Assembly (NCBI GenBank): GCA_951406725.2
Contig: OX597824.1
Location: 5,022,001 to 5,086,000 of the forward strand
Length of the DNA stretch: 64,000 nt
DNA from: Octopus vulgaris
Taxonomy: Eukaryota
Direction: 5' to 3'
The notes under the pieces are model-generated. The model was not told the origin of the DNA. It searched no databases and saw only the letters and a list, made by a program, of their open reading frames with translations. Position 1 is the first letter of the stretch; each line of letters begins with the position of its first letter. The translations under genes and the position numbers were made by a program. Below are positions 13,060 through 25,623 of this stretch, in pieces.

Positions 13060-13411
13060 GTGCCACCGACACAGGTGCCAGACGAGTGTCGGTGGCACAT
13101 AAAAAAACACCATTCACGCTCAAATGGTGTTTTTTATGTGCCACCGACACTCGTCTGGCACCTGTGTCGGTGGCACATAAAAAACACCATTCGAGCGTGA
13201 CCGTCTGCCAGCCTCGTCTGGCACCTGTGTCGGTGGCACATAAAATCACCCACTACACTCTCGGAGTGGTTGGCGTTAGGAAGGGCATCCAGCTGTAGAA
13301 ACACTGCCAGATCTGACTGGCCTGGTGCAGCCTTTGGGCTTGCCAGACCCCAGTTGAACCGTCCAACCCATGCTAGCATGGAAAGCGGACGTTAAACGAT
13401 TATGATGATGA
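13058..13411 (+). mobile_element. RTE-type 3' UTR element (family C) with a 5' foldback
   Basis: GTGYCGGTGGCAC repeats, GGTTGGCGTTAGGAAGGGCATCCAGCTG and CATGGAAAGCGGACGTTAAACGAT(GAT)n tail. Confidence 0.88.
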
Positions 13412-13485
13412 TATACACATATACATATACATATACATATATATATATATTATATATATACACACATACATATATATATATATAC

Positions 13486-13531
<46 letters not shown>

Positions 13532-13532
13532 G

Positions 13533-13568
<36 letters not shown>

Positions 13569-13569
13569 A

Positions 13570-13944
13570 TGTGAAATAGGAAGATGAATAATCTTGTAGC
13601 AGATTAATCAAAAGTTTAACCGATACCTTGGTAGCAAAAATCACAGCAGAAAACAGCACGGTTGGAGGTACAACCATATGGTGTTGCAACCGTGCGTTGG
13701 TGCGGATAATTGAAATTAAAATATTATTGGTGAATTGAAGAAATGGAGCTGAACGAAGATTGAACAGAAATCGTTTGTTTTTTGTTTTTTCCAACGGATT
13801 TCCTATTTCTTCCTGAAGAGAAAGACACAATATGGTCTCATTATTCAATCGGATTTTGGTAAATTGTGCCTTTCAAAACACGTGTAGAATGAAATAAAAC
13901 GATTTCTGTTCAATCTTCGTTCAGCTCCATTTCTTCAATTCCCC

Positions 13945-13950
<6 letters not shown>
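13570..13950 (+). mobile_element. Penelope-like pseudo-LTR segment embedded in (TA)n
   Basis: Perfect 45-bp inverted repeat (13732-13776 / 13897-13941) enclosing a hammerhead core. Confidence 0.7.
13804..13896 (+). ncRNA. Minimal type I hammerhead ribozyme, probably inactivated (G12 to A)
   Basis: Stem I TATTTCTTC/GAATGAAATA; CTGAAGA at 13813; stem II 13820-13831/13863-13874; (G>A)AAA; palindromic stem III CACGTG; GTA cleavage triplet. Confidence 0.7.
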
Positions 13951-13985
<35 letters not shown>

Positions 13986-13989
13986 CATG

Positions 13990-14031
<42 letters not shown>

Positions 14032-14821
14032 CATATATATAAAAGTGATTTGGGATGGACGTAATATCTAAGCGGATACCGTGTCAGCTCTCAGTTAAGA
14101 TCCAGTTAACAGCTAACCATACAACAATCAGTATTTAACGTCTGTTTCTATATTTAGTTATTAGTCACTCTGTGACACGGAATTGCCCATCGGAAATATT
14201 AATAGTAATACACACACAGTTTCTACTAATGTAATGTTTTAGTTTTGAAGGGTTACTGAACTAATGATGAGATATAAAAAAAAAGCACTGATAGTCGTTT
14301 GTTTGTCTGTAAAGTTTCGCAAATCTTCGGTTTTTTTAAACATGTGAATGTCTTGTAGTAGCAGTAATTTCCATGGTTTACCGTTTTGTCCCCTGAAAAC
14401 ATTCAGAAAACCCCAACATTTTGCATTTTCATAGGAGATTCTAATATTTGTACTTTGTTAGTTTTGAACTCTCTGTAACTCATTTCCTCACAGTTTTCTT
14501 TATCGGTTTTGTATATGACCAGATAGTAAGGATATGACCGGATACTAAGGTTATGACCATTCTTGTAGACTCATTTGTAAATTCTCATCCTCTTTCTTTG
14601 CATCATCATTAACAACTGCATCCTTGTTGTTGGATATTGTATATGATTATGAAACTATTTATATGTTAGGTGTATAACAATGAAACTTCCCTCAGTGAGA
14701 CTGGTTGTGGCTTTAATACTTTGCTTACACTTCGTCCTCTTGCCAGTAGTCAATGTTTAAAGTGTTACTTTTTCAACTGCAATGGTCATCTCTGAATATA
14801 GTTGCTTTTGATATATATCTA

Positions 14822-14872
<51 letters not shown>

Positions 14873-14912
14873 TTGGAAATGGATGTGTGGCATTTGATCT
14901 TATAATAATATA

Positions 14913-14955
<43 letters not shown>

Positions 14956-14957
<2 letters not shown>

Positions 14958-15353
14958 CGTAGGAGTGGCTGTGTGGTAAGTAGCTTGCTTACGAACCACA
15001 TGGTCCCCGGTTCAGTCCCACAACGTGGCACCTTGGGCAAATGTCTTCTACTATAGTCTCAGGCCGACCAAGGCTTTGTGAGTGGATTCGGTAGACAGAA
15101 ACTGAAAGAAGCCTGTCGTATATATGTATGTGTGTGTGTGTGTTTGTGTGTCTGTGTTTGTCCCCCCAGCATCGCTTGACAACCGATGCTGGTGTGTTTA
15201 TGTCCCTGTAACTTAGCGGCTTGGCAAAAGAAACCAATAGAATAAGTACTAGGCTTACAAAGAATAAGTCCTGGGGTCGATTTGCTTGACTAAAGGCGGT
15301 GCTCCAACATGGCCACAGTCAAGTGACTGAAACAAGTAAAAGAGTAAAGAGAG
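14956..15353 (+). mobile_element. Full-length SINE family B
   Basis: A-box TGGCTGTGTGG, B-box GGTTCAGTCCC, core, tail; preceded by (TA)n. Confidence 0.93.
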
Positions 15354-15454
15354 TCTATATGCATATATACATACATATATGTACATACCTACACACACAC
15401 ACACATGCACACGCACACACACACAAACACACATACACATACATGCATATTTAG

Positions 15455-15660
15455 ACGTTTAATGTCCGCTTTCCATACTTGAATGGGTCGGACAATTTGA
15501 CTGAGGACTGGTGAACCAGATGGCTGCGCCAGGCTTCGATCTGATCTGGCAGAGTTTCTACAGCTGGATGCCATTCCTAACGCCAACCACTCTGAGAGCG
15601 TAGTTGTTGCATTTTACGTGCCACCGGCACGAGGGCCAGTCTGGCGGTACTGGCAACGGT
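15455..15660 (-). mobile_element. Family C (RTE 3' UTR) fragment
   Basis: Same motifs as 13250-13411, reversed. Confidence 0.85.
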
Positions 15661-15664
15661 CTTT

Positions 15665-15870
15665 ATAAATAGTTGTAGCACTGTCCCAAATGTGGGGGTA
15701 GTTTTTTCATCGTGGTTCTCACATGGGCAGGTTTGTAACTGTTGAGGGCTGAAGTATTTTCTGGCTCTGAAGAGGAAGGGCAGTCTTTGTGATGCAGTTT
15801 TCGTTATCTTCAAGATGTGTTTAACATGAGAGATTATCAGTGATGTCGAGTGTAGCATTTGTAGTAGCCT
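15665..15870 (-). mobile_element. Jockey/CR1-group reverse transcriptase fragment
   Basis: KHILKITKTASQRLPFLFRARKYFSPQQL resembles the region just after the RT core of these LINEs. Confidence 0.65.
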
Positions 15871-16137
15871 CAAGGGTCCAAGTTGCAGTTAGGGAGTGCA
15901 CTTATGATTGCAAAACCATGGTTTCAATTCCCAGAGGAGGTGGTGCATTGTATTCTTAAGCAAAACTCTTCATTTTTACATTACTGCATTCTGCTCAGCT
16001 GTATATGAGAAATGCTGCATGGAGTCCTGTTCAAAAGGAATGATATGATCATGGCCACACACACACACCATAGAAATTGACCAATCAACTCTTAGGGTCT
16101 TAGGACTCCAGACAATACTTCACTTTATATTTGGAGA

Positions 16138-17040
16138 TAAGGCAGCAAGATGGTAGAATCGTTAGTAAACTAGGAAAAATGCTGAGTGGCATTTCATCCA
16201 TCCTGAATACTGTTCTATATTTTAGAGATGAAGAATTCTGCACATTATTTACATTGGACGGGTATGTGTCCTCACCTTGTTTATTGTTACCATAACGTTT
16301 TAAAATTCACTCTATAATTGCCCACAGGCTTATAGCGTAATGGTTAAGAGTGCAGGCTACTAACCTCAAGATTGCGAGTTCAATTCCAGGCAGTGCCTTG
16401 AATAAGAAATATTCTTTTACTTGTTTCAGTCATTTGACTGTGGCCATGCTGGAGCACTGCCTTTAGTCGAGCATATCGACCCCAAGACTTATTCTTTGTA
16501 ATAAGAATACTATTCTTATATATATATATGATGGGCTTCTTTCAGTTTCTGTCTACCAAATCCACTCACAAGGCTTTGGTCGGCCCGGGGCTATAGTAGA
16601 AGACACTTGCCCAAGGTGCCACACAGTGGGACTGAACCCAGAACCATGTGGCTGGTAAGCAAGCTACTTACCACACTGCCACTCCTACACCTATGTAATA
16701 ATAATAAGTAATAATAATAATATCAGCAAAAAAAAAATACCTGAGGAATGAGAACCCAGGGTTGGGTTCAAAATGCTACCAGGACACCTTATAAAGGCTG
16801 GAGGCCAAAAAGTTGTGGTGACAACAAACAAGATGAGGACACCTATCTGTCCATTGTAAGTAGTGTAAATAATGTATCCATCAGTATGTTCTGAATTCAA
16901 ACTCTGCCGGGATTGAATTTGCATTTCATCCTTTTGGAGTCAACAAAATAAGTACCAGTTACACACTGGGGTCAATGTAATTGACTTACCCCTCCCACCC
17001 ACACCGAAACTGCTGGCTTTGTACCAAAATTAGAAATCTA
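16138..17040 (+). mobile_element. Nested complex: SINE A containing a tRNA-headed element with inverted ends (16203-16875), which contains a minus-strand SINE B (16412-16692)
   Basis: SINE A head 16138-16202 resumes at 16885. ATCCATC is duplicated at 16196 and 16876. tRNA-like head at 16327-16395. Confidence 0.75.
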
Positions 17041-17358
17041 TATTTAGTATAGATACAAAATCGTTTCCTTGATGTGTATGATGACGTTGTCTTTGTTCCT
17101 GGTGAAGGAGACAAGTCTGGCATCATTTCCTCAAAGAATGCTCACAGAGGCAGTGCAGGTTTAACCCGAGGCATCGAAGGTTGCAAGTTGCTGTAGCATG
17201 GGCACAAAAGGAGAGAATGTGTGGTGCCATCTGCATAAGAGTGGGCGTTGATGGCTGCAATGGGAAGTGGAGCATTGACGTAGATGAGGGAAGAAGAAGA
17301 AGAGTGTGGTGCCAAATTAAAACCTTGGAACTTACCAGAATTGTTAAGATTTTGGGTC

Positions 17359-17408
<50 letters not shown>

Positions 17409-17988
17409 TGAGAGTGAGAGAGAGAGTTCATGTCAGTCCACACCATAATTGTGCAACTTTAACAGGAAACCTCCAATCCAAGAGACTGCAGACGGCTGGA
17501 GCCCAGAGGCTCTTAATTCCATTTCCTCCCATTTTCATTCTCTCTTTTCCTCTCTTCTCACTCACTCACTCTCTCTTCCTTTCTCTTTCTCTCTCTTTCT
17601 CTCTCTTCCTCTCTCTTTCTCCCTATTCATGAGTTTGTTTTCTCTATCTCCTTTCAAAATCTCAGTCCTATTTCCTTTTCTCAAGTACCATTTTCTGTTT
17701 TTTTCTGTTTGCTTTGTTAAGAGCAGCAATACACATTCGTGATACTACTGTCGTCTCTGGTTCAATTTGAAAGTGGAGCCACTTGAACTGGTTAATACGG
17801 ATCTTCAGCAAACCATAACAGCGACAACATTGTCATCTGTCGCTGTCATGACGTCAGACTGGCAGCTTGGCTGTGTCTTGTAAGGAATATAAACGTCACA
17901 GACTTCTTTGAGACTTCTTTGTAAAACTGTTCCGTTGGAAGAAGATGTCTTGATTTCCTGAAACTCTTCAATTGTAGGAGACCAAGAG

Positions 17989-18227
17989 TCATCATCATCA
18001 TCATCATCATTATCGTCGTGTAACATCTGCTTTCCATGCTGGCATGGAGCCAAAAGGCTGCACCAGGCTCCAATCCGATCTGGCAGAGTTTCTACAGCTG
18101 GATGCCCTTCCTCCGATAGTGTATTGGGTGCTTTTTATGTGCCACTGGCACAGGGGCCAATCAGATGGTACAGGCATCAACAATGCTTGAATGGTACTTT
18201 TTATGTGCCACTGGCATGGGAGCCAGT
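17989..18227 (-). mobile_element. Family C fragment
   Basis: (CAT)n, CTACAGCTGGATGCCCTTCCT and GTGCCACTGGCAC repeats. Confidence 0.85.
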
Positions 18228-18950
18228 ATAAAACAAAAACCCTGGAACTTGTAAGAATTTCATGGGAAAAAAAATTGCAATCTCTTTGGAGTAATTTTCC
18301 AGGAACTTTCTTAGGAAAAACATTCTAATTTTTATTTTTGTTTTTTAACTTTCTAATTAACCTTTCCATTACCATATTTCTGATGAAATACTCTGCCTCT
18401 GTTTCAATTCCCATAGAGTGGGACTGAACCCAGAACCATGTGGTTAGAAAGCACACTTCTTACCACACAGTTATACCTAAGCGTATAATTAGCTTGAGTA
18501 GAATTAATTAAACCATAGGTCAAATTTGCCGACCTAAGCTTGCACCAGTGCCATATCCACAAGCACATTCCTTTCTTATCATGGAAGGTTTGCTATTTCT
18601 AACAAGCTTCAGGTTACTCAATTATTTGATATGATAAAATATTTTTCAGTCATATCAGGAAAAAGGAGATTGACAAAAAAATTAGGGCATGGGGAAAAAA
18701 TGTCCTGGGGTATTTAGTGATGGCCCCTTATTATTATGAGTTCAAATCCTGCCTAAGCCAACTTTGCCTGTCAAACTGCTGGGTGGGACATTTTGTTTGA
18801 GGGAGGATTTTAAATGTGTTGTTGTCTATGTAAAAAAAAAAATAGAAACAAATGCAGACACACACACATACGTGTGTGTGTTTGTGTATACCTGTGCATG
18901 TGTATATGTGTTAATATCTATCTACCTATATGTGTGTGTGTGTATGTGTG

Positions 18951-19001
<51 letters not shown>

Positions 19002-20085
19002 TAGCAGCTAAGCCCAGTTTCACCCGGTCTGTTTGGATGATGTGGCTGTGATTGTTTTCGGTTAGGCATAATCTATAACAGTGTTTCTCAACCTTATCAT
19101 TTCGAGTCCCCTGTTTCGATTGGAGCCTCCAGCTGTATGAAAATTTCCTGCCTCTCCCCGCCTTGTCAGAAAACAGCTTCAGGAGTTGTGAAGAACGAAT
19201 TTGTACGTAGTCTGTTTCTGAGAGCTATTCTACTGGACCTCTGTCTAATCATTAAAACATTGATGTAATTATGAACATAAAAAGAAATTATACGTTAATC
19301 ACTATTTTTGTAAGCAGTTGTATATGTAAAAATTTTATTTGCAGAGAGCAGAAATTGAAAGAAGATATATGAAATGGACGTGTGTGTGTGTGTGTGTATG
19401 TGTGTGTGTGTGTGCATGCTTGTGCGTGTGTATGTGAAAGAGAAAGAGGGTGAAAAAAGAGAGATAGAGTGAGTGAGTGAAGGTGTGTCTCATGATGATT
19501 GACATCTTTTAAGGTACACACACAGAAAATGTGAGGTCATCATATAAAATTTTTACAAAGATTATGGTAAATTTTTGAAATGCAAATATGTGAATGAAAA
19601 TTAAGTTCAGACCTCTACATCATAGCTAGACCTGGTAGAAATAGCAGCCAAATCTCCCTCAAAACACCCTACTATCTTAATCCGACAATTCTGCCTATTA
19701 TGTAGTTTGAATGAGAAACTGTAATTAAAGAATAAGATTATTAAACCCACAAAGAGGTGAAAGAAGAAAGACAGCATAGCAAAATTTTTTGGCTGACTGT
19801 CATCCTGTACTCCCCTTGTTGCTAGCAAGATGGTATATAATGGCTGTGTGAGCAATTGGTTGTTTTAATGGCGGAACAAACAGGAAAATTCCTTTGGAAA
19901 AGTTTTAATTGATTTTCTCGGTGACTATGGGGGCTAGAAAAAAAATACAAATTGCAGCACAATCTATGCACCCATCTTCACCTGTGTGCCATTTTTCACA
20001 TGATTCCATTTGGCTGTGATCCTCAAGACAAGAAAGAATACAACAATCACCCATGTCCAATTTATATAATAGATATATATATACA

Positions 20086-21047
20086 ATCATCATCATCACC
20101 ATCATCATCATATAATGCCTGCTTTCCATGCTGGCATGAGTTGGACGGTTTGACTGGGGGCCGGTAAGCCAGAAGGCTGCACGAGGCTCCAATCTGATCT
20201 GGCAAAGTTTCTACAGCCGGATGCCCTTCCTAATGCTAACCACTCCAAGAGTGTAGTGGGTGCTTTTTATGTGCCACTGGTACGAGGGCCAGTCAGGTAG
20301 TACTGGCATCAACCACACTTGAATAGTGCTTTTTACATGCCACCGGTAATGGGAGCCAGTCAGAAAGCACTGGCAATGACCACACTTGAATGGTGCTTTT
20401 TACATGCCACCAGCACAGGACCAGTCAGTCAGTGCTGGCATCGACCCCATTAGAATGGTGCTTTTTATGTGCCACCGGCATGGGAGCCAGTCAGGCAGCA
20501 CTGGCAACGATCATGCTCGAATGTGCTTTTAACGTGCCAATCAGGCGATACTGTCATTGGTCATAACAACAATTTCACTTGCCTCAACAGGTCTTCGCAA
20601 GCGCAGTTCATAGCCCAATGATTGAAGAGTACTCTTATATGGGCTGGTTATGCTGCATTGGCACAGGCCATGGTTATGGTCTCACTTGGCTTGTCAGGTC
20701 TTCTCAAGCACAGCATATCTCCAAAGGTCTCAGTCACTTGTCATTGCTTCGATGAAGCCCAATATTCAAAGGTCATGCTTCACCACCTCATTCCAGGTCT
20801 TCCTGGATCTACCTCTTCTACAGGTTCCATCTACTGCTAGGGTGTGACACTTTTTCCCATAGCTGTCCTCATCCATTCGCAACACATGACCATACCAGTG
20901 CAGTCGTCTCTCTTGCACACCACATTTGATACTTCCTTAGTCCAACTTTTCTCTCATGGCCCTTACACTCTGTTGTGTATGCACACTGACATTACACTTC
21001 CAGTGGAGCATACTGGCTTCATTCCTTGCAAGCTTACGCATGTCCTC
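20086..21047 (-). mobile_element. 5'-truncated RTE-clade LINE: ORF2 end, tandem-repeat 3' UTR and (GAT)n tail
   Basis: Minus strand encodes ERRLHWYGHVLRMDEDS..RRGRSRKTWNEVVKHDL..DLWRYAV, then about five 62-bp repeats and the family C tail. Confidence 0.9.
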
Positions 21048-21410
21048 ATATATATATATATATATACACACATACACACACACATATATATAAATATATT
21101 TATATATATCTATATATATTTGTATGATTTATAGATTTGTTGCAGTTTGGTTACATATTTAGGAGGAGTTATAATTTACTTAATGAATTTATTTACCGAT
21201 ATGGTTGTACATAGGGTAAATGTGTTTGAAAGTTGTGGTTTCTTTAGATTTGTTTGTTCCCAAACAACACTTATTTTAGTGCTGTTGATACCACCGGATT
21301 AAATGGTATGTCCAGGTGTCAAAACCACAATGATATCTGTGGGGTAGCTGATGATGGAGGTATGTTGGATTGTTGGTATGACTGTGGAATAGTATTATAG
21401 CACATACTTT

Positions 21411-21449
<39 letters not shown>

Positions 21450-21641
21450 TGGCAATAAGAAAATGGAGGGGATCAAGAGGTGGTATTCATCAACTTTTAG
21501 ACATTATATTATGTCTATTTATTTATTTAAAAAACAAAACAATTATAACAATATACATACATGTATAACATATTATGCTTTACATATATAAAATACCAGT
21601 AATTATTAAAATATATAACGTAGAACATAGAAAGTAGAATA

Positions 21642-21706
<65 letters not shown>

Positions 21707-22327
21707 TATAAAGGAGAGAAACACACACGAGAGAGAGGGAAAGAGAGACACACAAAAGAGAGAGAGAGAGAGAGACTGCTTTGTCATCATTTTCATCTTT
21801 CTCTCTTTATTTCTGATTGTGGACATAGTTTACTCTCTCTCTCTCTCTCCCTCTTCCTCTCATCTTCTTTCCACTTATGTTGTTTTACATTCTTGCTTTT
21901 TTTTCTTCTCTTCTTTTTGTTTATGTTTTTCTTCTTCATCTCAAGTTATGAGTCAGGGACAGAGACAATTATGACTGTCCTTGAAGTGGACACTGGCACA
22001 GCGACATGTGTCTTATCATTAACAATAATTTATGTAACATAAACATCATACAGTATTTTCTAACCCTGATATCATATCGTTTTACAATTTGTTAGGTCTT
22101 CAAAACAACACCCCACTATTGCCCAATCATGAAACCGAGTCTCATTGCTGTTGTTGTTGTATCATCATCATCATCGTTTGACGTCCGTTCTCCATGCTAT
22201 CCATTCTCCATGCTGTATATTTAGTTATTTAGGCCAAGCAGACCTCAGATGGGAAACCATCTGCAATAACCTCACTCACATTTATTGTATTGGTTCTGAA
22301 TATGGTGGGGACATGTCCCATAATACA

Positions 22328-22692
22328 TAAGAGACGTTTGCGCTGGTATGGTCATGTACTACGGATGGATGAGGAGAGATGTGTGAAGAAGCGCCACTCC
22401 CAAACAGTTGAAGGAATCCGGGGTAGAGGTAGACCCAGGGAGACATGGGATGAGGTGGTCAAGCATGACCTTCAAACATTGGGCCTCACAGAGGCAATGA
22501 CGAAAGACCGAGATCTCTGGAGATATGCTGTGACTGCAAAGACCCGGGCTGTTTCCTGCACCGGTTTCGCATAGCCTCAGCCCATCCAAAGTACCTTGGA
22601 TTGCAGAACGACCTGCTGTGCTTACCTTGGATCGTAGGGTGACCTGCTGTGCTTGAGGAGACCTACTGAGTCAAGTACATCAACATCAAACA
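22328..22692 (+). mobile_element. RTE-clade LINE ORF2 C-terminal fragment
   Basis: RRLRWYGHVLRMDEERCVKK..GIRGRGRPRETWDEVVKHDL..DRDLWRYAV. Confidence 0.92.
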
Positions 22693-22870
22693 GCATCATT
22701 TTGAGTTACGTCAGCTTAACTAAACTCCCTGATGCTTCACATGTTGTTACCCACAAAAGTTGTTTCTGTTGCTGGTGCTGTTGTTTGACCCTAGGTTAAC
22801 CTGACTGAACTGACCAATGATCAAAAGAGTTCAGCAATGACCATTTCGTCTTTCTTCCAGGTATAAAGTG

Positions 22871-23086
22871 TACCTATTTCTTTACTACCCACAAGGGGCT
22901 AAACACAGAGAGGACAAATAAGGACAGACAAACGGATTAAGTCAATTATATTGACCCCAGTAACTGGTACTTATTTAATCGATCCCTAAAGTTGACCTTG
23001 GTGGAATTTGAACACAGAACATAGCGGCAGATGAAATACCACTAAGCATTTCGCCTGACGTGCAAACGTTTCTGCCAGCTCGCCGA
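22871..23086 (-). mobile_element. SINE family A with 16-bp TSD
   Basis: CTTCCAGGTATAAAGT at 22854-22869 and 23087-23102. Confidence 0.93.
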
Positions 23087-24664
23087 CTTCCAGGTATAAA
23101 GTATACCAGACTGACTGATTCAATATTTTCTCCTCTGTTTTTAAGATTGTAAGGTATAGTTTGATAATGATTTGGTAGAGGGAGAAACTGTGTGGAATCC
23201 TGTTACACCCACACTCCAGGAATGCTTAGAAAACAGCTTTGCCGGAGGGCAGTCGGTCGAGACTGAATAATTTGATTTAGAGATAGAACAATTTTCGGAG
23301 GAAGGTTGTATATATTACGATCAAGGTCAACATGGAGAAGCACATGCTGAAATGATAGTGGTGTTGTTGTTGGTGGTAATGATGATCGTGGTTTTGGTGA
23401 TGGTGGTGATGGTGATGATGAAGATGATCACAACAATGAAGATAATATTTTATCTCATTTTTATGCTCAGAATTGGCACCGACTTTATGAGTAAGATGCT
23501 GGGCTAGTCACCACTTAGTCAGGAGCTCAACTTTTACAACAGCCTTTATATATTGTCCCCTAAAGCAAGGGTCCCTAAACACCAAACTGCAGGCCAGTAC
23601 CAGGACACGCAGAAAGAATAAATTTTAAAATTCTATTTCTATATTATTATCACAGTTTGTAGGGTGTTCTTGTATTATATATGTTTCATATATATATATA
23701 TATATATTCTTTTATTCTTTTACTTGTTTCAGTCATTTGATTTGCTCGACTAAAGATGGTGCTCCAGCATGGCCGCAGTCAAATGACTGAAACAAGTAAA
23801 AGAGTAAAAGAATATATATATATACATATATACACACACACACACACATACATGCGTACACACACATGTATGTAACATCTTGTGTTAACATAGAAAAACA
23901 TATAAAATATATATTACACGTTACGTTTTTTTTTTGTATATATATGTTCTGGATGGGGCTTGTCTGTATTCGAGGATGATTCATTTTAGCAATAAAAACA
24001 CATTTGCTGATTGTAGTTTCCGTTGCAAGTGATGGAAAACTCATTAAAGGAGGTTACATATGTGTAGTGAAAGACATTAAATGAAAAAAATAAGTCCATC
24101 ACTTAGTAAGGAAGTGAGTTTCAACTGGAGTGTGTGAGTATGTGTATATGTATGTGAGAATGTGTATGCGTGTGTGTATACATGTGTGTATGTGTGTATG
24201 TGTGTGTGTGTTTATAGGTGAATGACCCTCCCAAAATGCTGTAATGTTTCGACTCACAGTTTCAGATCATGAATCTTACAAGACAATCCATAAAAAAATC
24301 TATTTCTATATTCTGGGAAGTTTTGCTTTTTGTTTTTTTGTTTTTATAAACCGATACAAGCTTTATTTTTTATTTTATTTTTATTTTTAATTTTTTGTAA
24401 TACCTGTATGTCCTCTCTCATTCAGATAAAACTGTTATCATTTTGTGTCTTGGACAGACATCTCAGTGTTTTTTCAATATTTTTGACTCTGTAATGCACC
24501 AGAAATAAAATATAAAGAAACTCCTGGTAAATTTTGGATTCAAAATTAAACAAAATTATACTTCAAAGTTAAAAAAATAGTAAAAATGTATACAACATTA
24601 TTGTTTGCCTTGTTTTATTAGTTATTCTTGCAGACAATGAAATCATAAAATGCTTTCAAGATCG

Positions 24665-24872
24665 GTAGCTGTGTGGTAAGTAGCTTGCTTACCAAACACA
24701 TGCTTCTGAGTTCAGTCCCACTGCGGGGCACCTTGGGCATGTGTCTTCTACTATAACCTTGGGCTGACCAAAGCCTTGTGAGTGGATTTGGTAGATGGGA
24801 GCTGAAAGAAGCCTGTCATATACATGTATATAATATATATATATATATAATATAAAATATGAATATAAAATA

Positions 24873-24920
<48 letters not shown>

Positions 24921-25542
24921 TATGTATGTGTATGTGTATGTTTGTGTGTCTGTGTTTGTCCCTCCAACATTGCTTGACAACCGATGCTGGTGTGTTTACA
25001 TCCCTGTAACTTAGCGGTTCAGCAAAAGAAACCAATAGAATAAGTACTACGCTTACAAAAAATAAGTCCTGGGGTCTATCTGCACAACTAAATGCAGTGC
25101 TCCAGCATGGCCACAGTCAAATGACTGAAGCAAATAAATGAGTATAAAAGAGTAAAAGAGTATCCTTGTTTTCATGGATTTTCTAAATTATGTGTGGCTG
25201 GGTGGGTAAGAAGCTTGCTTCCCAACCATACAGTTTCAGGCTCAATCCCATTGTGTGGCATCTTGGGCATGTGTCTTCTACTATTGCTCTGGGATGATCA
25301 AAGTCTTGTGAGTGGATTTGTCAAGTGACGGCGGGGGAACAAGCACACACACACACACACAAATATATACATATATATATATGACGGGCTTCCTTCAGTT
25401 TCCATCTACCAAATCCATTCACAAGGCTTTGGTCAGGCGGAGGCTATAATAGAAGACACTTGCCCAAGGTGCCAGGCAGTGGGACTGAACCCAGAACCAT
25501 GTGGTTGGTAGACAAGCTCCTTACCACACAGCCACTCCTGCA

Positions 25543-25623
<81 letters not shown>

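Noticed and set aside
14040-14810. A-rich minus-strand coding-like stretch
   Set aside because: Frequent stops in all frames and no motif; probably a decayed retroelement, but not supportable as a call.
16327-16400. Possible tRNA gene (also SINE heads at 14956 and 63289)
   Set aside because: A and B boxes are present but there is no intact cloverleaf or terminator; these are repeat heads.
17722-17879. Plus frame with an in-frame TGA as a selenoprotein exon
   Set aside because: No recognisable family or SECIS, and the exon itself is unproven.
20240-20540. Repeat-spacer pattern resembling a CRISPR array (also 53300-53620 and 30950-31190)
   Set aside because: Spacers are homologous to each other, the array is the 3' UTR of an RTE LINE, the DNA is eukaryotic and there are no cas genes.
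21340-21410. CTGATGA as a third hammerhead
   Set aside because: No downstream GAAA or stem II could be found.
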